Shown here: positions 9,501 through 20,000 of the stretch, piece after piece | How the letters are laid out: each line of letters starts with the position of its first letter | Numbering within the stretch: position 1 is the first letter of the stretch | Source of the DNA: a virus | Virus record (IMG/VR): IMGVR_UViG_3300027896_000017 | Location: 52,768 to 116,767 of that record | Length of the DNA stretch: 64,000 nt | Reading direction: 5' to 3' (one strand) | Translations under genes and position numbers: made by a program | The notes under the pieces: model-generated | Told to the model about the DNA's origin: nothing | The model's input: only the letters and a program-made list of their open reading frames with translations | Databases searched by the model: none

Positions 9501-12500
9501 TCGCTATGTCGATTTTTTTTCCACTAGTACTACCGTTTCCTATCATGATTCCTAAAAAATATCCAAATTCTTTTGTTAATTCTACACTATCAACACAATT
9601 AATAGACATTTTGTTTCTTTTAGAATAATTATTTAATAAAATATGTGTCACTGATTCCTCAATATTAAGTTGTTTAACTTTAGGTATTTGTTTTCCTACA
9701 ATTTGTTTAGGGCTAATTTTTTCAAGATTCCAAGTATTAGTATTTAAATACACTGCACTATGATCGTCAGATAATATTAATGAATTTTTATCAGACATAG
9801 TAATTATACATGAGTTTAAATTTGGATGAATAGAAAAATGAGATACCGGTACAGATATGATTTGTTTTGTTTTATTGTCGATTGTTATAATTTTTATTCC
9901 TTTAGGAACCTCATATTCAATATTATTGCTATTTGTTAGCCGTTGAGTTCCCTCGATTCGGGGGAAATCTTCAATATTAATATGTATAATCTTTTCGCTG
10001 TCATTAATAATTAATCTATTTAATGTTGGCATACTAACAATCCTTTCTGATAAGTATTTAATTGGATTATAATAAATATACTTATTTGAAAGGAATTGTG
10101 CAAGATATTTTTCATGTAAATTATTTAATTTATTTCTATCAAAATCTCCGCCAAAATGAATTATTTTCTCATTCTTAATTTCATGTTTAATAATATTAAA
10201 ATTAACTATAACAAAGACACTTTCCAACCCGCTATCTCCGTCAAAATCCCCTCCAAAGTTTTTACTTACCACTACTCCTGGCACCTCTATAGATTTACCT
10301 TCTGTCAATATCGGTTTAAATGCAGTCATATTCCATCTGTGTAATGATGGCGCTCTGTTAGCTATTATTAATCGCTCATCAGCCACAACGTCCCTAGCTC
10401 TTTCTGCAACAGAAGTTTTATCTTCTATTTGTTTTTGTGCTTCAAGAGGCGTATACCCCCAACTCACCATTTTTTTCATTATAAAAGGTCTGAATATTTT
10501 AGAAGCCATTTCTTTAGGTATACCCATCTGATCTCCACCCAAATCTGGATTTAAAATAATAGTGGAGCGACCAACAAGATCCTGGCGTCTTTCTAAAACC
10601 TTATCTTGAAAGAAGCCTTCTTTTGATTGATTAGAACCCGCAATCTGTTCTACAAATCCTTTTTTATTTTTAATTCTATTAAGATATGAAGTTGGCGCTT
10701 GAAGGCCGGTAACAGATTTTAAGTCGTTATATAACTGCCCCCTGGCTTCGGCTAATTGTAAGTTTTTAATATCCTCATTAGGGATTGATTTATCAAGTTG
10801 AGATTTTAAATCTTTTAACGCATTGGCTGTATGAGCTGTCTGTTGATACAAATCATTTATATCAGACATTATAATGGCGCCATCTCCAGCCATAGGTATC
10901 ACCGGTCTGTATTTAGAAGGAGTGACCAATACGTTAGAAACTAAATAATCGGCAGGCTTCATTTTATGTTCTTTTAGTGCCCTTAAATATTTAATTTTTT
11001 TATTAAGTTTATCTATTTTTGTTGAATTTCTTTCATTTTTTAAAGCTTCAGTAGCTTGGTCTAAAGTTTCATTTACATCAATTGCTCCCAACATCGTCTC
11101 AAGGGCAGGTCCACCTGAAATGGAATCAGGAGTTCCAGGGCTAACTAGTTGTCCCGTTTTTTTATTAATAAATTGTTTGCCAGTAATGACGCCTTCCAAT
11201 TTTATTAAAGGCATATCTAAAAGATTGGCTGCGGCATTCGCGGCAATTGGATTAAGTGTTTTTTCTGGTAATGAGAAATGTGTAAAATGATCACCAAAAA
11301 TTCCACCAGCTTTAACAGGGTCAAACAGCCCTTCTTTAATGGGGGCCATGTCTTTTAAACGATATGTTTCCGTAGGATTTAATAATTCTCCGCGAGACCG
11401 CTCCAATATATCCTTATCAGTCAGGGGTTTTAAAATAAAATTTTTCCCTTTTTGTTGAACATTAATTCCAGAGCCTTGCATATTAGCAAGAAGCTTATCC
11501 CACACAAAAGCTTTATTAGGCGGAGGCAAAGTTTGACCTGTTTCCATAGCTTTCCAATATTCATCATTGCGCTGCCCCTTTATTGAAAACATTTCTCTTA
11601 AATTTTCTTTAGCCCCACGAGCAAGTAGTGCGGCCGTTTCCATGCGACCAATATTTTTACCACCAGTTTCGCCACCAGATGCGGGCTGCTCATTAGAATC
11701 GTATTCATCACGGTATCTGGCTGAATATTTATGATCTATTTTATGTTCTAGTTTAAGTATATGAGCAAAACCTGTTGCGACAGGATTTTTGTATGGCTGC
11801 TTAGTATCTGGATCGATTAATATATCCTTATCGGAAACTCCAGCTTCTTTCATATCTTGTAAAATTTTTCTAGAATTATCTTCTGGTGAAAAATTTCTAA
11901 TAGGATATTGCTGTCCGGTTTTCCAGGCAATTTTACCAGCAGCGGATTCTAATAATTGCGAGGTATTGATTCTATTAGAAACTCCTATAGGACTCATGGT
12001 TAAATCAATATTTTTACCAGTTGTTGGATTAAATGGCATTTCATTATCCGGAACTATCTTTGCTATTATATGTTTATTGCCATGCAATCCCGATATTTTA
12101 TCGGCAACCTTTAAAGGTTCTTCTGTTTTAACGCTGACAACAACACTATTGCCTGATTTTTTTACATCTGTAACCGTTCCAATATGATCGTTATCCCAAC
12201 GAATGGCATTGTCAGCCATATCTCTTTTCAATTGCTTGTCAAGTCTTCCAATAGCAATATCATCAGCAGTAGGAGATTTGCGCTCCAAATGAGCAATAAC
12301 AATATCATCACGTTTTACTGTTTGGCCAGGAAGAATAACACCTTCTTTATCTAATTTTTTCATGTTTTCTGAGGTCAGTTCTTCAGGATAATAAGCCTTA
12401 TATTTATTTGCAGAAAATACGCCTTTTGATGTACGTTTAGTTTTTAAATCATATATATGTTGAGATGTTAATTTTTTTGCAGCAGACTCAGACATGATTG

Positions 12501-14493
12501 CAGAATCTTCATAATTGTAACCTTTATAAGGCATATAGGCCACATGAAGATTGGCGCCCAAAGCCATCTGACCATCTTTGGTAAAATTATTATCAGCTAA
12601 TATATCATTAACTTTTACTTTATCACCAACTTTTACTAAAGGTTCATTATGTAAATAACTTTCAGAATTTAATGAAAAATTATGATAAACAGGAATGACA
12701 TATTCTTTGCCCGATTTATCTGAAAGAGTAATTTTATTAGGAGTTATTTTTTTAACTTCCCCGTCTATGGGGGACTTAGGAATTGCTATAAGACTGGCCA
12801 ATTCTTCGCCAAAAGGTTTACCCTTATCATTAATAATTTTAAATAAAGGTTTTTCACGATTTTTTAATGATATGGCTTGCTCTTGCATTTTAGAGGCTGT
12901 TAATCCACGGTTGCCTTGAATGGAATCAAGAAATGGGATTGAGTTGGCTGAAGTATCGAACATACCCATAGGACTGGCTATTATATAATCTACGTCGCCT
13001 TTTTTAACTTCGCCCAATTTGCCGGCTCGCACTATTTTAATTTTATCTGAAATCGGATTAGGCTTCTTGTCGCCCATATTATTAAATTGAAATTGATCTG
13101 GAAAAGCCACATTTTTATTATGAACATCAATGGGTCTTAAAAGAACATATTCACCATTGGGCTTCATAAATTTAGAATAAAGATCGTTTCCAACTTTGAT
13201 AGTATCATAAGAAGTATGCACAGCAATCCCAATGTTACCACCTTCAGGCGTATGCAATGGGTCTACAAAGCCAACTTCACTATTTGATATCTGTCTGGCC
13301 TCATTGGTCACTGCGTTAGCGGAACCTATACCGCCTTCGCCCATCACGGTAAATTTAGTACCTTCTCCAATAATAGCCATTGGATTTGTTTGATTGGGAG
13401 GGCTGGATAATTGGCTATTGGTAATTGTGCCTATAGTATAAGCATTAAATGTTTGAGGACTTAAAGATTTATTAATAGAACGATTTCTATTTAACTTGAA
13501 TTTAATGTTATTAACAATCTTTCCGGCATTTTTAATTAAATTCTCTTTAATGTGATCCTCTACATCATAAAAAGATTTAAATACTAATGCTTCTCTATCA
13601 TCGCTATCTACGACGCCGCGATTTATATCTATAATTTTTTTAGAAGCATCGAGTATGGCGTCTTTATTTACATTGGTATATGGCTTACCAAGAGTGATCT
13701 GTGTAACATCCGGATCTAATTTGGTGGCAAACAATCTGGTTTTAATTTGTTCAGAAACATTTAATGGATTTAAATCTTTAGCTGGTTGTTTACCGAACAC
13801 CGCTTCATAAAATTTTTTTTGATTGACGTCTTGCTGGCGAGTATAGGCCATTGAGTTAATATCGAAAACATCCTGACCCCATGAATTAATTAGTTCTTTA
13901 TCGGTGATTCCAACAGATCTTAAAGCATTAATTAAAGGCACATGCTTTGTGCCATAGGCCATTGAGAATATTTTTCTTTCAGGGTCAAATTCAATTTTAA
14001 AATTATTATTAAATCCTCGCGCAAAATCTATTGTTTTGTCTACATTAAAAAAAGAACTAATTTCACCGTTCTTTTGATATTTAGTATAGACACCAGGTTT
14101 TAATCTGGCTTGTTTTATAAATTGATATTCATTCCCTCCGATTAAAAACGTCCCCCTGTCAGTCAGCTTGGGGATATCTGCTATTTTCATGTTATTAACT
14201 TTATCAATGACTTTATTGGTTTTTTTATCTATTAATTCTAAATCAGCCCTGATATCATTGGACCATAATTGGCCTTTATTACGCACATCTTTTTGTTCTT
14301 CTATATCTTTATTATCATACTTTTCAACAATTTTAACATTATTGGCTTTTAATTGAATATTAGGATCGTCAATGGAATTTAAAATTTGCCCAACTGTAGT
14401 TTTTACAGCAGTATTAATAAGAATATTATTTCTTACATCCTGATCTAAATTTAATAATTTATTTAAAATCTGTTGAGAGGATTCGGTTGACAT
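6553..14493 (-). CDS. Single-chain beta-beta' fused DNA-directed RNA polymerase with an intein (2646 aa precursor)
   Basis: Beta motifs GTFLIGGNE, HTPEGGNIG, GYNYEDS, DKISGLHGNK, GGKNIGRME; beta' motifs NRAPSLH, FGGDFDGD, HGARGG, EPSLNMAMKAFHTGG, all in one ORF. Confidence 0.95.
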   Translation of the reverse strand: MSTESSQQILNKLLNLDQDVRNNILINTAVKTTVGQILNSIDDPNIQLKANNVKIVEKYDNKDIEEQKDVRNKGQLWSNDIRADLELIDKKTNKVIDKVNNMKIADIPKLTDRGTFLIGGNEYQFIKQARLKPGVYTKYQKNGEISSFFNVDKTIDFARGFNNNFKIEFDPERKIFSMAYGTKHVPLINALRSVGITDKELINSWGQDVFDINSMAYTRQQDVNQKKFYEAVFGKQPAKDLNPLNVSEQIKTRLFATKLDPDVTQITLGKPYTNVNKDAILDASKKIIDINRGVVDSDDREALVFKSFYDVEDHIKENLIKNAGKIVNNIKFKLNRNRSINKSLSPQTFNAYTIGTITNSQLSSPPNQTNPMAIIGEGTKFTVMGEGGIGSANAVTNEARQISNSEVGFVDPLHTPEGGNIGIAVHTSYDTIKVGNDLYSKFMKPNGEYVLLRPIDVHNKNVAFPDQFQFNNMGDKKPNPISDKIKIVRAGKLGEVKKGDVDYIIASPMGMFDTSANSIPFLDSIQGNRGLTASKMQEQAISLKNREKPLFKIINDKGKPFGEELASLIAIPKSPIDGEVKKITPNKITLSDKSGKEYVIPVYHNFSLNSESYLHNEPLVKVGDKVKVNDILADNNFTKDGQMALGANLHVAYMPYKGYNYEDSAIMSESAAKKLTSQHIYDLKTKRTSKGVFSANKYKAYYPEELTSENMKKLDKEGVILPGQTVKRDDIVIAHLERKSPTADDIAIGRLDKQLKRDMADNAIRWDNDHIGTVTDVKKSGNSVVVSVKTEEPLKVADKISGLHGNKHIIAKIVPDNEMPFNPTTGKNIDLTMSPIGVSNRINTSQLLESAAGKIAWKTGQQYPIRNFSPEDNSRKILQDMKEAGVSDKDILIDPDTKQPYKNPVATGFAHILKLEHKIDHKYSARYRDEYDSNEQPASGGETGGKNIGRMETAALLARGAKENLREMFSIKGQRNDEYWKAMETGQTLPPPNKAFVWDKLLANMQGSGINVQQKGKNFILKPLTDKDILERSRGELLNPTETYRLKDMAPIKEGLFDPVKAGGIFGDHFTHFSLPEKTLNPIAANAAANLLDMPLIKLEGVITGKQFINKKTGQLVSPGTPDSISGGPALETMLGAIDVNETLDQATEALKNERNSTKIDKLNKKIKYLRALKEHKMKPADYLVSNVLVTPSKYRPVIPMAGDGAIIMSDINDLYQQTAHTANALKDLKSQLDKSIPNEDIKNLQLAEARGQLYNDLKSVTGLQAPTSYLNRIKNKKGFVEQIAGSNQSKEGFFQDKVLERRQDLVGRSTIILNPDLGGDQMGIPKEMASKIFRPFIMKKMVSWGYTPLEAQKQIEDKTSVAERARDVVADERLIIANRAPSLHRWNMTAFKPILTEGKSIEVPGVVVSKNFGGDFDGDSGLESVFVIVNFNIIKHEIKNEKIIHFGGDFDRNKLNNLHEKYLAQFLSNKYIYYNPIKYLSERIVSMPTLNRLIINDSEKIIHINIEDFPRIEGTQRLTNSNNIEYEVPKGIKIITIDNKTKQIISVPVSHFSIHPNLNSCIITMSDKNSLILSDDHSAVYLNTNTWNLEKISPKQIVGKQIPKVKQLNIEESVTHILLNNYSKRNKMSINCVDSVELTKEFGYFLGIMIGNGSTSGKKIDIATIHQDIENSFKSNIIKLLKTEPTFWSNEYKKKICNSKNEYIGKNISLSNISLAENLRNIIGHNCYNKHLPPCYMSSPKEFKLGLLSGMLDTDGSIGFSNSNGSFKFRYATTSLRLADEILTMCKSLNISCLISYYSKNNNSYYNIGMSSIDIRGKELIFKNKEKSLIYRKFLSSSMATNRTINMVDRVPWNKDLYDKCEKFIKDPIMRDSMRKACRKGLLGRLMSKKIISMSNNCLPSEWIEIVNNNTITWLTADKVNFIDKKQCLYDITVPGPMTFMCSNGIPVFDTFQLHVPISPKAIAEAEKMKPSASMLKTGYDSVLNVPQMDMIVGSWLVSKGKGGQDTGLKFDTLEQARNAFKQNKFTYADSVTVGDKKAPFGMHEINSVVPDDLKKYDIELNGKNVESWIRDVTKKHNGKIALGLADKIKDVGNNYSTIFGFTLGVSDTVVDRDLRDSLVREAEKNSDKKDPMSIVKAFSSMTMKGRKELENKYGENTMIGVGLKSGGTKGIDNISAIALMPGIVTDAEDRPIPLPITKSYSEGLDTFGYWSAAHGARGGNIKKSISSSKPGWLTKDLINSIYETRITHDEPVDNKGFEYDINDNKGILNRFLAQDAKADNGKIIAKRNDIVTSDVANKLSQHGIKKVYVQSPITDPTPGDGFSSFSYGVNYDGKKPNIGDNIGIISAHTITEPSLNMAMKAFHTGGALQIQKKPGSTVFDQLFDTLRFTKNNPDKATLASIDGVVKDIKKSPIGGWDVHLDNGEKQEIRYIDANNQPLVKPGVLVKSGDLLSTGTPSAHDILKYKGMPETQKFLVNHINELMEGKLDKRDIETVVRGLTNTTRILEPGSHPNYLKGDVAPLTTVEHYNNNNLKEESIYDTEGDHLAQNYGPFKANTKIDESVINKLDERGFKRIKVFKDRIKHEPFLTPTGIQAKAQSSEDWIARLAHNRIAKVLEEGTTQSWKSISNPLNHPIPEYVTGNYTW
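8641..10233 (-). mobile_element. Intein with LAGLIDADG homing endonuclease (531 aa)
   Basis: Interrupts DFDGD|TFQLHVP; Ser1, block B SDDH, GYFLGIMIGNG and LLSGMLDTDG, block F YDITV, end GIPVFD followed by Thr. Confidence 0.9.
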
Positions 14494-14553
14494 TTTATTA
14501 CCTTAAGTGTGAGTGGTTAATACTATAAATATAATAAATGGCTTATTTATTGT

Positions 14554-14587
14554 GATATTTATTAAAAATAACTGAAATAACTATTAT
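14554..14587 (+). promoter_or_regulatory. Phage promoter motif, copy 3
   Basis: gatatttattaaaaataactgaaataactattat in the divergent intergenic region. Confidence 0.55.
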
Positions 14588-14717
14588 GGATGATTTAATA
14601 TTTTTTGTCTTTAAATTAATAGCCCCTAATCTAAATATTACTATTGAAAAGAAAAAAAATCCACTATAATGAAGAGGTCGGTCTTCATTTATTTATTCAC
14701 AACAACAAAGGGGTCTT

Positions 14718-15221
14718 ATGAGAGCTTATACATTTGTGTTAGGAAGGTTGATGCCTGGTATCGCTACCACCAAAGATGAAGCGTTAAAGGAAGAGATCGT
14801 GTTTCTGGGTAATAACGATGGTCCTAAATCAAAATGTAAGAAGGTATCGATGGATAAAAGCAATCCAGCCCAAATAAAAGATGGACTGATTACTTTTGCT
14901 CACCCAAGAACTATTGGAAAAGATAAGAGCAGGTTTCTTGTTTTAGCACGACCCGACCGTGGAATCAATAACGTGCTGTTGAGGGTTAACACCGGCTCAT
15001 TGGATTCTAACAGCAAGTCGCGTGGATGGTGGACACCTAAGGATGGAAATGCACAAGTTAAATATGAAGCAAAAGGGTGTCGTCCTAATGGCAGCACATA
15101 TTGTGATGACTTGGTAACATTGGCTCCGGGAGATAGCATCATTGCTTATCCAGAAGGTGAAGAAAAAGGTTACGAACTCAAGAATACGATGGGGAAGTTG
15201 CACATGTGGAGAGAAAAATAA
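14718..15221 (+). CDS. Hypothetical protein (167 aa)
   Basis: AAGGGG RBS; followed by a terminator. Confidence 0.75.
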   Translation: MRAYTFVLGRLMPGIATTKDEALKEEIVFLGNNDGPKSKCKKVSMDKSNPAQIKDGLITFAHPRTIGKDKSRFLVLARPDRGINNVLLRVNTGSLDSNSKSRGWWTPKDGNAQVKYEAKGCRPNGSTYCDDLVTLAPGDSIIAYPEGEEKGYELKNTMGKLHMWREK

Positions 15222-15239
15222 TAATTAAAATTATATAAA

Positions 15240-15297
15240 GAATTTGGTTTGGTTGAATTAATATTCAGCCAAACCAATTCTCTCTTTACTTTTTTTC
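15240..15297 (+). terminator. Intrinsic terminator
   Basis: ttggtttggttgaat/attcagccaaaccaa stem then T-rich tract. Confidence 0.65.
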
Positions 15298-15380
15298 AGG
15301 AGGGTTATGTTTGCAATAATGTTAATGATTCTTGGCTGGTAAATTTAATTTCCAGATTAGAATTATTATTGGAGGAATAG

Positions 15381-16175
15381 ATGGGTGTTTTTGATATTTT
15401 TAAATTTAAAAAACAAAAAAAATACGATATCACTGAAAAGCGACTAAAGAAATATGCAAAAATTACATTTAAATGTATTATTGGATTTTATAAAGATATT
15501 TATAAATTAGCCGTCGCCCAAGATGAACTGGATTCTTGGAAAAAATTTATACGCGAAATGGAAGATGAGTTTGGATTTGGAATCAATTCCAAATTCAGCA
15601 TGGAATATTTAGAAAACATTAATTTCAAGTTAGTATCAATATATCATTATGGTATTTCAAAAATTATAAAAAGAAAATTATCATATTCTGATTATAGTTT
15701 ATATAAATCTATGATGGAAAAAACTCTGGATAATAGTATTAAGTCCAGGATTACATCCAACGAATCCATCATAATGAACATGCTTAATGTTGATCCATCA
15801 ATATTGCCTATTAAATATGTTCAAATGGTTTTATCGATTAATGACTTTGTTCATGCTACTAATTTGATTATTAAAGAATTAAAAAAAGTAAATGATTTTA
15901 AAAATTATGATTCATATATGCAATATTATGAGTATGTTAAAAATAAAGTTCAAATAATTAATAATCTACTTCATGAAAATGGATTTTATAATACTCATAA
16001 TTTAGAAAGATTTACTCTTTTGGCAATGTCGTATGTATGTGGGTTTCCAACTATGGATACGTTATATAAAAAACCAATAAATGATGGTGAAACGGTTCCG
16101 GATGAAATGATTAAAGAAATTCAAAAACGATTATTTCAGATGGTTGGTAAAAATATAGACGAACTTGATGCATAA
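15381..16175 (+). CDS. Hypothetical protein (264 aa)
   Basis: GGAGGA RBS; long ORF. Confidence 0.75.
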   Translation: MGVFDIFKFKKQKKYDITEKRLKKYAKITFKCIIGFYKDIYKLAVAQDELDSWKKFIREMEDEFGFGINSKFSMEYLENINFKLVSIYHYGISKIIKRKLSYSDYSLYKSMMEKTLDNSIKSRITSNESIIMNMLNVDPSILPIKYVQMVLSINDFVHATNLIIKELKKVNDFKNYDSYMQYYEYVKNKVQIINNLLHENGFYNTHNLERFTLLAMSYVCGFPTMDTLYKKPINDGETVPDEMIKEIQKRLFQMVGKNIDELDA

Positions 16176-16176
16176 A

Positions 16177-16210
16177 AGGATCAAATCTAAAATTTGATCC
16201 TATTTTTTTT
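16177..16210 (+). terminator. Intrinsic terminator
   Basis: aggatcaaat/atttgatcct stem then T8. Confidence 0.65.
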
Positions 16211-16229
16211 ATTATATTACAGGAGAATT

Positions 16230-16487
16230 ATGACTACTAAAAGATTATGTAAAACAAATAAAGAAGCGCTTAGATGGTGTAAATCCAGAGGCGCCGTGAT
16301 AGAATTTGGAGACTGGAGAAAATTCATAGGTATGAGGCATATTCCTGAAGGAATAACCTGCATGGTGGCTATAACAAAATTAAAAAAAAATGAAAAAGTA
16401 AGTTACGCCCCAGAGGATAGTATAAGCAAAACCCTTTTAGACGCAGTAAATAAATGGATTAAAAAAATAAATTTAAAAAAAAAGTAG
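16230..16487 (+). CDS. Hypothetical protein (~85 aa)
   Basis: AGGAGA RBS before MTTKRL. Confidence 0.6.
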   Translation: MTTKRLCKTNKEALRWCKSRGAVIEFGDWRKFIGMRHIPEGITCMVAITKLKKNEKVSYAPEDSISKTLLDAVNKWIKKINLKKK

Positions 16488-16701
16488 TATATTTTTTTAA
16501 TTACATACCACTATATATAGTGTGGTATTTAATAAAAAACACAACATGTAGTTAAGTTAAATTTATTAACAATTAGTATAAAGTTTTATATAGATTTTAA
16601 TTATTTATTATGATATATTTAAAATCTAACAAGGTTAAAAAAATGCCAATCCATTCTATCAATATTTCATTCAATTCAACCTCAACAATAATGGAGCTGT
16701 T

Positions 16702-16941
16702 ATGTCAAACACAAAAGTGTATGATGGTAAATTTTCAAATGGCGTTGCATATGAAATTCATCATTCAACAGGTTTTTCCAATCAGTCGGAATTGGCTGTT
16801 AAAATAGGAGATGCTTTCATCACTGTTATTAAGTCCTCACAAAAACGAAATGGCAATATAGAATTTTCCGCATCATCCAATGGAAAAGTTATAATTAAAA
16901 CCGTTAAAGATCTTCCCGCAGAATCTCTCAAATCTCTTTAA
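16702..16941 (+). CDS. Hypothetical protein (79 aa)
   Basis: GGAG RBS; upstream of the primase-helicase. Confidence 0.6.
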   Translation: MSNTKVYDGKFSNGVAYEIHHSTGFSNQSELAVKIGDAFITVIKSSQKRNGNIEFSASSNGKVIIKTVKDLPAESLKSL

Positions 16942-17000
16942 TAAATAATATTATTTATTAAATATATTTTTTTACATTTTTCCACCAATAAGAGGTTTAC

Positions 17001-20000
17001 ATGGGCGATAAATATAAAGTTAAAAAAGACGATCTTCGTGCTTTATTTTCCACAGCCGACATGCTCATGGAAAACCGCTATCACGGCCTATATGAAAAAT
17101 TTGGCTGGAAAAAGGGTTCCAATGGGAATTATCATTGCTGGAATGTAGGCGCTCACTCAAAGGGCGCTGACCTTCATGCGTCATTGTCGGTAGATAATAG
17201 AACTGGTCTATGGCATTGTTTTTCCTGCGGTATTAAAGGCAATTTCCAATCGTATTGGAAAGAATACCTGAAAGGAAGACATGGCGACTCATATACTGAT
17301 TTTATTATCGATTTTTTAGGTTTGCAGAATAAAATAAATTTCAGCAAAGAACTTAGCGATCCAGACTATGAAAAGAATTCAAAACAGATATGTGAACTAT
17401 TTGACAGGCTTCAAACAGAAAGAGTAAAAGAGCGCGGTAAGCCTATGATGTTGTCGAGCAGCCTTACAGAAATAATAAAAGAGACAACATCATTACCTAT
17501 GTCTGAATTAAACGAGATGGTAGATAGATTATTGAAGGATACTGAAGCTTTAAATTATCTACATGAAACCCGCAGAATTACTCCTGAAGTAATCAAGAAA
17601 TACAAATTGGGATTAACAGACAAGGGAAAATTTATCTTTCCCCAGATCGGTGCTGATGGTTCATTAATTAACCTGAAAGCATATGATCCACGCAATCCTA
17701 ATACTGATTTCAAGTGGAGTTATCCTCATAGAGGGCTTGGATATGGTCCAATGCCTATCAATAACTTTACTCACCAAAAGATCTATTTCTTTGCCGGCGA
17801 ACCTGACTGTTATTGCGCTTTAGCTATGGGAATAGACGGGGCGGTAACATTAGGGAGTGAAGCCATGACGGACGTAGATAAGATATTTGGAGAAGATAAA
17901 GCCAAACAATTGTTTTATGGAAAAGAAACAGTTGTTTGTCTGGATGCTGACGATTCAGGAATGATCGCGTCAAAAAAGTTAGCTGATTCTCTATATAAAT
18001 ATGTTAAACAGGTTAAAATCATTAATTTTAATATATCAGAAATAAATCCTAATGGATTAGATCCTAATAAAATGATTAAGATTTCTAAAGATGGTAAAGA
18101 AAAAATGAAAAGAGCGGAAAAAGATTTTACCGAATTTATGGTAAAAAATGGGTTTGGTAAAGAAGCCATTGATATGTTTTATGCTTTAGAAAAAGAAACA
18201 ATAGTATATACACAAAATACAGACAGGACATCCAGAGAAATTTTTAAAGTAACCTTACAAGAATCAAGAATGCCAAAGTATTATAGTTTTGATGGTAGTA
18301 AGGTCATTCGTTTAGTGGCGTCAGTGGGAGATTTTGATGGAAGGGCCATTTTATATCCTAAAGAAATTGGTGTTAAATGTGGCGCAATGTGCAATCCCGA
18401 CAATGTTACGACAATGTGCAGATATTGCAAATTACCTACATTATCAGGATTTAACAAAGCTTCTAGTCAAACATTACATATTGAACGGGAGCTACCCAAG
18501 GAATTTGAAAATGATCCCACTTATATTAAAGCTACCGAACACGATATATTAGGACTTGTAGAAGTAACTGAAAATCAGAAATTACAGCAAATTAAAAAAT
18601 TGTGTCAGATTAATGACCACTGTAAAAGCGCTATTATTCAAGATTTGGCTCATGAAAAACTTTTACACGTCAGATTGGTTAAAGATATTAACGAATTTGG
18701 CGATCCTACCGATTCGGCCGGACAGACATTTACAGCTATTGATATGGACGCTTATATGGTTGAAAAGGATATTTATCCTAATCGATCTTATGAATTTGAG
18801 GCCGTTTTAACCACATCTTGGAATGGCCAGCAAAGCGTATTATTTTGCCATAAAGCCGAACCAATAGCGACTTGTATTGATACATTTAAAATGGATCAGC
18901 AGAATTATGAAATTCTGCAAGTTTTTAAGCCAAAGCCAAATGAAACTATTAAACAGCATCTTAAAAGGCGATATGACATATTCGCCAACGCCTGCGGTGT
19001 AACTGAAAGGCGAGAAATGTTTTTTGTAGAAGATTTGGTTTTCTTCTCTCCATTGCAAATTAATAATAAAAAACTTTTACCAGGAATCACCAGAGGATGG
19101 GTAGAAGCTCTTATTATTGGAGATACAAGAACATGCAAAACATTGATAACTAAATGGTTAAGAAATCATTATAAAATGGGTGATATGGTGACTGGATCTA
19201 CCGCAGTTACTCGTTCAGGATTGTTGGGCGGCATTAGAACGGGATTAAACAGACCAATGGTTTCATGGGGTAAAATACCAATGAATGATGGCGGTTTAAT
19301 TATTATAGATGAATTGAGCAACGTTGATATTAAAACGTTGATTGATTTAACCGGTTGTCGCTCAGAGGGCATTGCTTCTATTGATGGCATCGCTTCTGGT
19401 AAAGTATTAGCAAGAACCAGAAAAATAATGCTCTCAAATCCCAGGGCTATGCGTTCTGAAAATGAAAAGAATCCACCCTATGGAATTATAGGTGTTAAGG
19501 ATTTTTGTGTAAAAGATGAGGTTCTATCTCGTTTTGATATAGTGCTTATTGTTCGGGAAAGCGATGTTCCCGCAGCTTCATATGTTTCATCATATGAACA
19601 AATAAACACTGAATTTAACGAGCTTCAATGTCAGACATTGATACGTTGGATTTATTCAAGAAAACCCGATCAATATGTATTTGAAGAAGGTTTTGAAGAA
19701 GCCATCGATAAGTATATGAAAAAAATGCTTATTAAATATCATGAATCCACACAGTTGGTTAATCAGGAAATGCGAGCTAAATTAATGAGAATGTCTATGG
19801 CATTAGCTGGCGGATTGGCGTCTATGCCGGAAGACGATTGGGATAAAATATATACGAAAATAGAACATCTTGATTATATAGTAGAATTTTTAGACCAAAT
19901 ATATTGTCACCCAAATATGCAGATGGACCACTATTCTAAGATGAAGCGGGCCTCTGAAAAATTAGGCGACATGGCTTTTATGAATAATATCTGTAAATAC

